Part shown: piece after piece, positions 53,002 through 64,000 of the stretch
How the letters are laid out: every line of letters starts with the position of its first letter
How positions within the stretch are numbered: position 1 is the stretch's first letter
Source: Somniosus microcephalus
Lineage: Eukaryota
Length of the DNA stretch: 64,000 nucleotides
Assembly: GCA_052327205.1 (NCBI GenBank)
Contig: CM126210.1
Coordinates: 24,924,001-24,988,000 of the forward strand
Direction: 5' to 3'
Notes under the pieces: model-generated
Told to the model about the DNA's origin: nothing
Databases searched by the model: none
The model's input: the letters and a program-made list of their open reading frames with translations, nothing else
Position numbers and translations under genes: made by a program

Positions 53002-53410
53002 TAGCAAAATACTGCGGATGCTGGAAATCCGAAATAACAACAGAAAATGCTGGAAAAACTCAGCAGGCCAGGCAACATCCGTGGAGAGAAAATAGAGTCA
53101 ACGTTTCGAGTCAAACCCTTCGTCAAGACTGGAAAGGCACAGGAAATGAAATAGATTGAGAGGCCAGGCTGGGAGAGAACAAAAGAGAAGTGAAGAGACA
53201 TTAAGAGGTATTCAAAACAAGACGAGATGGTGATAGATGGAGACAAAAGACAGCTCTAGATTAGGTGTGAAATGCGCTGGCAGAATGAGAGGCAGCTGCC
53301 ATGTGGGAGAGAGAAAAGGGGGGGGGGGGGGGGGGGGGAGTAGGGCCAAAACAAAGGTGTGGATAAAAAATAAGTAAAAATGTAATGGGGGCCGAGGTGA
53401 TGATCTCTTG
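53002..53410 (-). mobile_element. Penelope-like pLTR insertion with 11-bp TSD
   Basis: cgattgtccaa is duplicated at 52991-53001 and 53411-53421. Hammerhead variant at 53096-53130. Confidence 0.85.
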
Positions 53411-53563
53411 CGATTGTCCAACCTGATTTCTCTTGTAGTCCTCACAACCGATGGAAAGTGTAATTCATTACTCTGGGCTATATTTGAACTCAAGTCCAGG
53501 AGATAAAAGGGAAGCTCACTATGCTGTTGAGTGTTTTTTTTTTTTAAATCAATGCAATCTCAC

Positions 53564-53654
53564 CTTCTTTACGAGCAAATGCCTGACTTGCTGCAATCAC
53601 TTGTGGATAATCTGGGTTGTAACGGGTTCCTTCTGGGAAAATCACAAGATATGC
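53564..53654 (-). CDS. AGPAT5: AGPAT5 internal coding exon (probably exon 5), 91 bp, phase 0/1
   Basis: ctctccag|GCATATCTT...AAAGAAG|gtgaga translates to AYLVIFPEGTRYNPDYPQVIAASQAFARKE. It contains the acyltransferase motif III FPEGTR. Confidence 0.97.
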
Positions 53655-54553
53655 CTGGAGAGAAAAAAGAAAAGATGTTGAAATTTGCTCATTTTGAGAT
53701 TGACTATTTTTAGGCTGGTCTTACAGCTATCTTAAAAACATACCGCTAGTAGCTATTGGTTGAACAGTTAGCTTTTCAAGCCTCACAACTGAAGCATTAA
53801 TTCCAACTGTAATGGAAAGTCTTAAGTAATCGGTCTGGGCCAGGCCCATAGAAGTGATGTGACTTGCGATTAAGCACTGCCGAAGGGGGTTAGCCTCACC
53901 AGTCTAAAACATTGGTTTTCAAACTTGGGTCCCTGGACCTTAATGAGTCTGGAAAAGGTACCAAAGGGTCAGATTTTTTATTTTGCACTTGACCTACCAG
54001 CATGTTACTAATGTTACTGTATACTAATAAAAATAATTTTTTTTGGCAATAATGGCACTATTTTCCCTTGGGGAGTTGTCGCTATGTTTTCGGAAGTTGG
54101 GACAAGAGCTCACAAGGGTGTGCAAAACTTTGTAGTAGGTCTGCAGAAGCATGCCAAAGTTTGCAGGGGATCCCCCACAGATTGCAGTTTGTAAACTACA
54201 GGCACATCTGTCCCTAATCAAAGAATTGTTGACGTCTATTTCAGTGGTGCCAGCTAAAAGAAAGACTTGCATTTTCATAGCATCAAGTGCGTGTGACATA
54301 CATGTTAAGTAGACAAATGATGGTTAGGAGGACACAGGAAGCCTATTTTGTGGCTGAGGGCGGGGGAAGGCAGCGAGAAGTATAATCTCAATTATTTTGC
54401 CCATTCTGCCCAAGTTCAGCAAATTAGATGGTCAGTAATTTGAAACAATAACCCCTGTACGATGAAGTGTTTCTACCAAATACAATGATATCCATCAAAT
54501 GTAATGAATGAATGTTGGTTTCAAATGACACAATCAACTTATGAATAAAGACA

Positions 54554-54695
54554 GAAAATGCTGGAAATACTCAGCAGGTCAGGCAGCATCTAACAGAGTT
54601 TCTCTCTCTCCACAGATGCTGCCTGACCTGCTGAGTATTTCCAGCATTTTCAGTTTTTATTTCAGATTTCCAGCATCCGCGGTATTTTGCTTTTG
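54554..54695. mobile_element. Fold-back Penelope-like mini-insertion with 14-bp TSD
   Basis: tatgaataaagaca is duplicated at 54540-54553 and 54696-54709. Internal inverted pLTR arms. Confidence 0.85.
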
Positions 54696-56614
54696 TATGA
54701 ATAAAGACACCTTGTGTGAGATAGAACGTAAATTAACTTTTTAAACATTTAAAGCTTAATCCTTGGTAAATTCTTCTTCAGGTTCACAGCATTAGTTATA
54801 ATTGTTACGGCAGTCAAGGATATGTTGCACAGCTCCAATTCTCTAAGAGAAGGCAAACTGATCTACCAAACTTCAAGCACTACGACTGAGCAGCCCAACT
54901 TCAGGACAAGCCTCAGCCACTAAGAGTGTCTGGCTTAGTATGAAGTCTAATGCTGTCTACCATCCCCACAACATACACTACCCTTCACAAGCTCCAGAAA
55001 AAAGTAGCAGGGGTCTGGAAACACCCGCCTGTATCACTAATCTGGGCCACCAGTGAAGGGGGGGGGGGGGTGGTGAGTAGAAGAGGGAGGACAGCGTGAG
55101 TGAGACTGAAAAAGATGAGGCCTGTGCCATAGTGAAGATCCCAATGACCTCCCATTGAGGATAGCAATGCCAGCAGCTTCAAGGCTTCACACACAAAGGG
55201 CATCTCTGAGATGGACAAGCTGCTTAGTCACCAATATATCATGTCCTTCCAGCAGTTAGTGGAAAAATGTCATACACTCAACATGCCTATATTTTGTTAC
55301 CTGCCAGTCTAACACTTCCTCCAAAATCCCAATGTGCCACATAAAACACAATGTTAGAACTGAGTATTTGCAAAGGTACTGGCACATCTTATGCCTCCAG
55401 TAAATAGTGTTCATCTGGACATCAGACAAGATGGAAAACTTAAACAATCCTTGGGAGCACTAACTAAGTTGTCCACTCTCAGGAGAGGACTAGAACCTAG
55501 TAACAAGTTCTGATGAAAGATACGTATCCAAAACTTTAACCTGTATTTTCACGTTACAGATGCTGGAATACATAGGATTATAAACAAGATGCTGACTGTC
55601 CTAAGGTAATGCACAAGTTGCACATAGAGCTGAGAAAACACCAAGAGGTATGGGACGCCTTTCTCTGGGCCTGCCTCCCACTTACACCAAGCCTCCACAG
55701 CTGAAGCAACCCACTGGCTGATGAGAGACACTCCCCAGTGCCCACCCGCCGCTGCTACAACCCAATATGCAATAAAACCATACCCTCGCCCTTCGGCAAG
55801 CCAACAACCTCCCAGACTGCCAACAAGCCCCTGTACGGATAGTCCGGATTCTAGATGCACAGTCTGGACACGTAAGCATCACGTCACCTGTATTATAGCA
55901 CGTGTTCTATCAAAGCATAGCCTGAGAGTGTGTCCAAGTTTCTTGCATGAAACAATAAAGAAAATGTTGGGGGGAAAACAATTTTGACGCAGCTGTGAAA
56001 CCTCAGAAGCAGGCTTTAAACATTACTTGAGGAAGACAAGCTTCGGAGAACATGGTATACCAATTGAAATACTACAGCAATTCCATCGTGCGAGAGAGCC
56101 ATGGGAAAAAGTCATCTGGCAGCAACTATGATGCTGCAAATAGACTATCAAGAGACTTTCTGTTTTATCCATTTTATAAATAACACTTTTGCTAGACTTA
56201 TTTCATATAATGAGCCTTCCCTTTTATTAATGACAATCAGCATTCCAGTAGATGCAGCTCTTTCAGCAACAGTGTGGCAATTAGAGTTCAATAGAATAAT
56301 GACCCCGCTGTGCATTAGTGCACAACGTTTAAACAATGTACATAATACGTATTTCCAGTTGAACCCTCCAGATTAACTTTCAGTAAACTTAGTGATTAGG
56401 TCTCAATTTTGTATTCTTCAAATGAGGAGCAACTATTTGGAGCATCCTTATTGACAATGGTCACAACACCTTTTGAGGAAAAAGTGAAAACAAAACACAC
56501 ACACATGGGAGCGATTATCAAGCTGTACCCCTTATGGTTTAGGACTTTATTTGAACCCTTACTAAGATTACAGCCTGGTAATTACTCTCGGATGTACATA
56601 GTATTAAAAATCAT

Positions 56615-57343
56615 GGCCCAAAAACTGCAGTCAAAATAATGGCGAGGCTAATAGCCCTCGCAGCTATTCATGTGCAAATGCCACGGCAGCTCCAGGCGAA
56701 GACAGGTGCGCGATTCAATGCAGAAATCGAGAAGTTTCTGCTGGGTATGAGCCGTTAGCTTCGCAAAAACGGCATCTTGCTGACTGGCTCCCCATTCAGA
56801 TGTACCGAGTGGCGTGAAGTTCCTGTATTTGCACGATAGATACGAACTAAACTCACCACAGAAAGTTAAGTCAAATAATTTCAAGTCAAAGTACCCTTTT
56901 AACGACGTGATAAGTGTTCATTACTGCCGGTCAACATCCCTGGCACTGAAATTTAACTATTGCAAGTCTCATTCCTTCAGGTTTTAATTGTTGATGCAGA
57001 ATTTTTTTTAAATTAAAATTAACACTTTTTCTTTGTCCCTTTTTCTCTCTCTCTTAATCCAATCTTTCTTTCCTTTCTTTCTCTTTCTGTACCTGATTTG
57101 ACATTGAATTCACCATTCTAACTTACACTTCCTTTTTCAGACCATGTGCTGTGCATTTCACAATCCTTCAATCTGATTGGTTAAGGAGATACACAGTTGC
57201 TTGCCCTGTTCACTCAGATCCCCTGTAGAGGGCCGTTTCCATCTCGCACTTCCAGCAAAATATATTGAGAGATTAAAAGGGCAAGGGCAAATCTAACTAA
57301 CGACAGGCGCTGTTCGTTGTCCGGTTACAGGAGTTTTTGGGAC
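56615..57343. mobile_element. Harbinger-like MITE (family C)
   Basis: TIR ggcccaaaaact / agtttttgggac. Internal similarity to the 24355 and 59215 elements. Confidence 0.7.
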
Positions 57344-57382
57344 ATAACCTTTGAAAATAATGGTTAACAACAAAATTCAGTA

Positions 57383-57695
57383 TGGGAAACTGTGTGTTAT
57401 CCGGAGGCTAACTGTCCGGAATGCTCGAGCCACCGGCAAAAATCAGGTGCCATTTTCGTTAGGTTTTTTTTTTCTCGTTGCTTTTTTCCTCAACAGTCAA
57501 GCTCTGCAAGGTCTGCTGAAGCTGTTGCTAAGCTACAGAGACGCTTGGACTGTTTAGAAGCGCAACAGGGTTTGTTGACAGATACGGAGCTCAGAAGCTT
57601 CTGTATCTTTCAACATTAGCGCTGGAGTGTCCGGCAGTTTTGAGGGAACGGCGACAGCTCGGTCCCGTCGGTGCCGGATAGCACAAAGTTTCCTG
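57383..57695. mobile_element. Tc1/mariner (Tigger-like) MITE
   Basis: TIR tgggaaactgtgtgttatccgg / ccggatagcacaaagtttcctg with TA on both sides. Confidence 0.75.
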
Positions 57696-57724
57696 TACCT
57701 GGCTGCTACCCTCTTGCCGAAACT

Positions 57725-58601
57725 AAGTTACAAATGAAATTTACCACGGACAAGTGCGAAGTGATACATTTTGGTAGGAAGAACGAGGAGAGGCAATATA
57801 AACTAAAGGGTACAATCCTAAAGTGGGTGCATGAACAAAGAGACCTGGGGGTATATGTGAGCAAATCATTGAAGGTGGCAGGGCAGGTTGAGAAAGCAGT
57901 TAAAAAAGCATATGGGATACGGTGCTTCATAAATAGAGGCATAGAGTACAAAAGCAAGGAAGTTATGATGAACCTTTATAAAACTCTGGTTCGGCCTCTA
58001 CTGGAGTCTTGTGTCCAATTCTGGGCACCGCACTTTCGGAAGGATGTGAAAGCTTTAGAGAGGGTGCAGAAAAGATTTACGAGAATGATTCCAGGGATGA
58101 GGGACTTCAGTTATGTGGATAGACTGGAGAGGCTGGAGTTGTTCTCCTTAGAGCAGAGAAAGTTGAGAGGCGATTCGATAGAGGTATTCAAAATCAGAAG
58201 GGGTCTGGACAGAGTATAGAATCATAGAAAGTTACAGCACGGAAGGAGGCCATTTCGGCACATCGTGTCCGAGAAACTGTTACTATTGGCGGAAGGGTCG
58301 AGAACCAGAGGACACAGATTCAAGGTAATTGACAGAAGAACCAAAGGCGACACGAAAAACTTTTTTACGCAGCGAGTGGTGATGATCTGGAATGCACTGC
58401 CTGAAAGGCTGGTGGAGGCAGACTCAACAGTGGCTTTCAAAAGGGAATTGTATAAGTACCTGAAGGAAAAAAATTGCAGGGCTACGGAGAAAGGGCGGGG
58501 AAGTAGGACTAGCCGAGGTGCTCTTGCCGAGTTGCAGACAGCCGGCACAGGCTCGACGGGCCGAATGGCCTCCTTCTGTGCTGTTAGCATTCTATGATTC
58601 T
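57725..58601 (+). mobile_element. CR1 3' fragment with a ~50-bp inverted CR1 tail inserted at about 58218-58270
   Basis: ORFs 57671..58219 and 58265..58597 encode the CR1 ORF2 C-terminus. Confidence 0.95.
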
Positions 58602-59214
58602 AAAATAAGGTTTTGAAAAGGTACAGTAATGTATTTTTCACTTAAAATATCATGATTAAAATATCTACCAAAACCTGAGAGCTACGAGGTTTAAAACTGA
58701 TTTACATAATGGATAGAGATCCTACTTCTTTAGTAATGCTAGAGAAGTTGCATTAGCAAATTCACAAGGGTGCAAGAAAACTTCAGTACTGCAAAGCTCC
58801 CTTTTAAAAATTAGATGTTATTTCTAGGCTAAGTCTGAATGGTCATTGTTAGACCAGGTCATAAATTCCCACTTATGGCTTTGTAAACACAGATAAACAT
58901 TATATCGAAAGCTTCTGCATCCATCCCAACGGGGAAGGGGAGAGGGAAAAAAAAGGTATAAATACATTTTTATTTAGGATGTGCAAAAACCTCAGCTACT
59001 GTACAGACTAGTAAAGCAGGCACTGGAACTCCAAATACTATAGATAAGCAAGACAACCAAAGCGTTAAACAAAGTTCTCTATTTAAAAGCTCCATGAAAA
59101 TTTTTTAATGTGGATAAGTTGCCATTTAAAAACATTTAATGCACGCAACACTATTTTTAAAAATTTCAGTATCAACTTGGAATTTCTAGCACATAACTCC
59201 AAGCAAAATACATT

Positions 59215-60454
59215 GGGCTGGAATCTGCTGAAAAAAATAACGGTGTGTGAACGATGCACACTTATTAATGCCAGCAACCTGTGGCAAGGAAGAGATACCC
59301 TGTGAATTGTGAATCGCCACAAGTTGCTGGACGATTTGTGCCACTCCTCCTGCGCAAAAATGGCATCTCGCACTCACCTCCCTGTAAGTTTCATGAATTT
59401 GTAAGATGTCCTATTCTTATATATGTAAGATTAGGATTTGGCTTAATCTCATATGATTATGGTTTTTGCTTTCTTTTCACTTATAAATAGCTTGTAGACT
59501 TGTACTATAGCTAGAAATAATGAAATGGTTAAGTTGTTCATTCCCAGAATTCTTCAGGGTATGGATGATATTTAGCAAGAAAAAGCTTCGTCAGCAGGAA
59601 AGGTTTTTTGTTAGCAAGGAATGATAATAAGGGATCAATGGTCTCCCAGATAAGAGGTAGCCCATACCAAAAGCAAACAAGGTAATGATCAACAGATCAG
59701 TTAGGAAACTGAAAATTGGCGCGGACACAATGGGCCGAAATGGCCTCCTTCCGTGCTGTAACTTTATGATTCTATGAAAAACAACTCCTTTTAAAGGGAT
59801 GCTTGTACATGACTAGAGCCCTATAAAGATCTCGATTTTCCGTTTCATTCTTGACTCTCTACAAATTGTAAGAATCAACAAAGGTTACGCTCTTGATCCA
59901 GGGCGAAAGTGGGTAATATTGTTTATTTCTCTATATGACTATTGCTTAAGACGTTGAGTGTGTCAAAACACGGACAAACTCAATAAAGATTTGCAACCAA
60001 AAATTGTTGTCAAGTCTATGAACCTTCCAATTTGCACATTAATTGCCCATTAAACTCGCTGCAGATAGTCAAGGCTCGTAATTAACAGTGTAAGTCCCCT
60101 TTTAATGACACGATAATTGTTAATGACTGCAAATCAACCTCTCTGACCCAGAAAGTGAACAATTAAAAGTGTGGCACCTCATTACTTCAGGTAGTGAATT
60201 GTTGTTGGAGATTTTAAAATCAAATTTTACTCTAATTCACACTCCTTTCTCCATTTATATCTGAATGCTTCAATCTCATTGGTTAAGGAGATACCCTGTT
60301 GGTCCCGTCGTTCACCAGTGTCCCAGATGCCTTGTTATCAGCTCACACTTACAGCAACTTATAGCGGGAAAAAAAATTTGAGCTGAAAGGGGCAGGAAAA
60401 AGTATAACTAACCAGACACGCCGCGAGATGTCCTGCGCCAGCAAATTTTGGGTC
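59215..60454. mobile_element. Harbinger-like MITE (family C) carrying a nested insertion
   Basis: ATT on both sides. Degenerate TIR gggctggaatctgctg / cagcaaattttgggtc. Confidence 0.65.
59400..60029 (+). mobile_element. Candidate solo LTR
   Basis: TGTAAG...TTCCA termini, duplicated aattt/att at the junctions, TATA-like ctataaag at 59821 and AATAAA at 59982. Confidence 0.5.
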
Positions 60455-61244
60455 ATTGAAAATTTAGCAAATATCTAACTTCCAACAAGAAACTATCATA
60501 TTTCTGTTTAACAGTGTTTTCATGCTATTTTAGAAGACCTCAGTAATTCCTCATCATAATGGCTCCACGAATGCTGTAACATCCCATCGAGAAATAAAAA
60601 CTATCTTAACTTTATACTGATTGGTTGGCAAGATGCCATGGTTAAGACATTGCAAAATGACCCACACCTTACATTAAACTGAATCCATTAACCTGGAGAT
60701 AATCATTAAGCAGTCTAATGATTTCCAATACGAATAATACTGGACAAATCTCTTTCTTTTGATTACTTTAGCACTTCATAGACATCTGTGGAACAATAAT
60801 TCCATTTGGTCTATAAGAGCATTACTACTTACAGGTCTTCTGATTTTGGGGCGGAACTTCAAGCCTGCACCCATCAGATAGTATTAAGTTCCTGTTGTTG
60901 GTGCTGCAAAGTTAGCAGTTGCATGCAGTATTGCGTATACAGATAGTACGTTTTCTTTCACCAAGTAAAATTCTTAGTAACTGGGCAAGAAAATGTTACA
61001 CATTACAACCATGCAGAAAATACAATTTATAATAATATTTTTGAAAGTTCCAAACTAAAATAGGGTCAGAGAACAGGTCATCGTCCAACTGTGTACCCGC
61101 ATGGGAATCGCTAGAATGCTACTCAGACCAGCAACAGCCAATAGAGCATCACTTACAAAAACAGAAAAATAAAAATAAAATTTCACTTTAAGCAATATTT
61201 CTTTATCATTACCATCAAAATATAAACAATATTGAAGTACTTAC

Positions 61245-61334
61245 TGGGGTGCCCACTTTTATCTGTTGTTGCAGTTTATTAGCCATTGATTCTTCATTGA
61301 ATTTGGCACTTCGCTTGACATATATTCCTCCATG
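61245..61334 (-). CDS. AGPAT5: AGPAT5 internal coding exon (probably exon 4), 90 bp, phase 0/0
   Basis: Minus strand reads ttttag|CATGGAGGA...ACCCCA|gtaagt and translates to HGGIYVKRSAKFNEESMANKLQQQIKVGTP. This matches the AGPAT5 HGGIYVKRSAKF motif II region. Not called in this frame in the ORF track. Confidence 0.95.
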
Positions 61335-62619
61335 CTAAAATATAAATGATATACACTATGAATTACATCTAGATGTTCTTTATTGCAAGGTTCATTGGGT
61401 TTCATAATAGAATTTTTAAAAATACACCACAATTGACTACACAATTGATTGATGGCTGACATTAATGGTATCGAGATAATTGTTCTTGGATAAGCTTTAC
61501 TAGTTCTGTTCATGTCAGCACTGGACAACCCTATTTTTCTAATTTATAGTACTCTACATAATCTCAAAAGTGCAGAAGAGGCATTAAAAAGGGAGTACAA
61601 GACTACAGTTTAAATGAAATATTAGAGTACGTCTTTGAAATAGAACCTACAACCAAAGTTTCACATTGGCAATGTATGAAAAAACGTCATTATTGACGGC
61701 AATGTAGGTTATTATTCTGAGCCGCAAACCTTAAATACTTCGCGCCTCAAGATAATTGGTTATGCTTTTGTTAAGTCCCCAATTAATAAGTTTGAACACA
61801 GTTAGGGAAACTGAAAAATGTTAGAGTTTTACACGAACACTGACGACCAGCTGCTAGTCTCACTTTGTTGATACTTTTATTTGTATGAATTAGGGTTCTG
61901 GATGCTTTCCACGATTTTGTAGAATGTGATCACAATTAAAAATCGGTACCATTCTCTCCATACAAAAACCTTACACAGGAGTTGATAAGAAAGTATGCAA
62001 CTGAATTCATTTTTCAGATATGTGAATTAAATTTGCCATAATTCATTTCATACGTTTCAAGCCTACAAGCCCACAAGCAGTAAATGTGTAACGATCAAGT
62101 TGCTTGATCGCCTCCATCCTGAGGATTTTTTATTTGTCAAATGGCTACTTCCTGAGTTTTCTGAGAATAGGAATCTAGATGCTTGTTTTGGAAAATAATT
62201 TTACATTACAGTCAGGAGAAATAGTTAAAAAAAAAATACCTTGTTGGGCTAAAATGTTGCAAGCCACTTGGTTTGTGAAGTGCAAGAGGTGGGGGCAGGG
62301 GGTCAACAATAGTGACTACGACCATGTTTGATAACATTTACAAAAAATATCTATATATATTTTGTACCTGTAGACAAATAGTAACAAAAGGATCTATTTT
62401 TTTTAAAATTAATTTTGGAAGGGCATTATAATACTCTGCTGCTCTGGACTACAGCTTAGGGCAATCCTAATTCATCATACAAATAAAAGTATCAACAAAA
62501 TGAGACTAGCAGCTGTAGTCAGTGTTTGTGTAAAACTCTAACATTTTTCAGTTTCCCTACCTTTGGAAAACTGTTTCCTGTATATACTCATGCAGAAGAT
62601 AAAGAATATAAAGTACTGC

Positions 62620-64000
62620 ATTCAGTTCTGGGCACCGCACCTCAGGAAGCATTTACGGGCCTTGGAGGGGGCACATCGCAGATTCATCAGAATGATATCT
62701 GGCTAAAAGGGCTAAATAATGAGGACAGGGTGCATAGACTGGGCTTGTATTCCCTGGAGTATAGAGGATTAATGAGTGCTGAAGGAGGGGTGGAAATTAC
62801 AGAGACTCTGGCCACAATCTTCCAATCCTACTTCGATATGGGAGTGGTGCCAGAGGACTGAAGGATTGCAAATGTTACACCTCTGTTCAAAGAAGGGGAG
62901 AGGGATAAAGCCAGCAATTACTGGCCAAACAGCTCAACATCGGTGGTGGGGAAACTTTTAGTGACATATTAGTCCCAAGACAAAATTAATTGGCACTTGG
63001 AAAATATGGGTTAATAAATGAAAGCCAGCACGGATATGTTAAAGACAAATCGTGTTTGACGAACTTGATTGAGTTATTTGATGAAGTAATGGAGAGGGTG
63101 GATGAAGGTAGAGCGGTTGATATTGGCCCAGAAATTCAGGTCGGTGGCTTCCCGCGGGTGCAAGCCCCCAACCTGCACTTACCTAGCGCGCCGGCCGTTG
63201 AGCTGTGGGCCCGCGTGGGATTCCGATCCTGGGCCTGCTCCAACTGCCGGCGCGCAGTGCTTGCGTATCCCAGGGGCGCAATTAGTTCGAAGCGTCCCCT
63301 GGGATCACGTGGGCCATGGAGAGCCAATGGTAGCAAGGAATCTGTATTCATAGATTTGACAGGAAGACCTGTCAAATCTATGAATACAATTCAGCCCCAA
63401 AACATAACTAAAACTTCAAATAAATTTTAAAAAATCACATTTTTAAAATAACTATAAATTACATAAAATAACTATTTTAAACAATAATTTAAATTTTTGA
63501 AAAAATTAATTACAGTTCCTAACGGGGCTAAAAATAAACTTACCTTTCTTTAAAGTATTTAAAAATAATAAACCTGTGGAAAAAATGTTTTAATTTTACT
63601 TAAATCACCACTCACCTTGTTAAAAGCAGGCCTTGCGACTGCTTTTTATAAGCATAGCTGCTGGAGACTTACCCGCCTGGAAAAACTCCAGCGCACGCGT
63701 TCGGCCCGTGAACCCCTTCCTTTAAGGGAACGGAAGTTCCGGTTTCCCACGCATGCGCAGTGCACGCACGAAACCGGCACTTTCGTTGGGCCTACGCGTG
63801 AGTACCCAGCTCGTACTCACCCGTGGGGGCCCGAAGTTCTGGCCCATTGTGTATATGGACTTTCAAAAAGGTGTTTGATAACGTACCACATAATAGACTA
63901 GTTAGCAAAATTGAAGGCCATGGGATTAAAGTGGCACTGGCTACGTGGTACGAAATTGGCTAAGGGACAGAAAGCAAGAAGTAGTGGTGAACGGTTGTTT
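62620..64000 (+). mobile_element. CR1 ORF2 fragments interrupted by MITE
   Basis: [26 protein letters not shown]...AVDI stops at the MITE and VYMDFQK continues after it. Confidence 0.9.
63125..63845. mobile_element. MITE, PIF/Harbinger-like, family A copy 2
   Basis: ATT is duplicated (63122-24, 63846-48) inside the CR1 codons GAT ATT GTG TAT ATG GAC TTT. Colinear with 4815-5565. Confidence 0.92.

Noticed and set aside
53905-54460. Possible hAT-type MITE (ttggttttcaaactt start)
   Set aside because: I could not establish a matching TIR or an 8-bp TSD.
62231-62290. Donor-like site with AQQG peptide resembling the end of the FPEGTR exon
   Set aside because: The upstream translation does not match AGPAT5, and the true exon was found at 53564-53654.

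Overview
Vertebrate genomic DNA, very probably from a cartilaginous fish (shark), judged from HE1-like V-SINE, Deu-domain SINE and CR1 tail sequences. The whole window lies inside one minus-strand gene, AGPAT5 (lysophosphatidic acid acyltransferase epsilon). Four frame-compatible internal coding exons are visible (90, 91, 162 and 124 bp), separated by introns of about 7.6, 11.9 and 39.5 kb. The introns are a mosaic of transposon debris: CR1, L2 and RTE LINE fragments, Deu-SINEs, a V-SINE, LF-SINE-like elements, Tc1/mariner (Tigger-like) MITEs, at least seven Harbinger-like MITEs with 3-bp target duplications, and a candidate solo LTR. The most notable system is a family of short Penelope-derived insertions. 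They carry 11-15 bp target-site duplications, some have fold-back architecture, and several contain a minimal type I hammerhead-ribozyme motif. That motif looks fully intact only in the copy antisense to the host gene. All family assignments come from reading the sequence and recalled consensus motifs, not from database searches.
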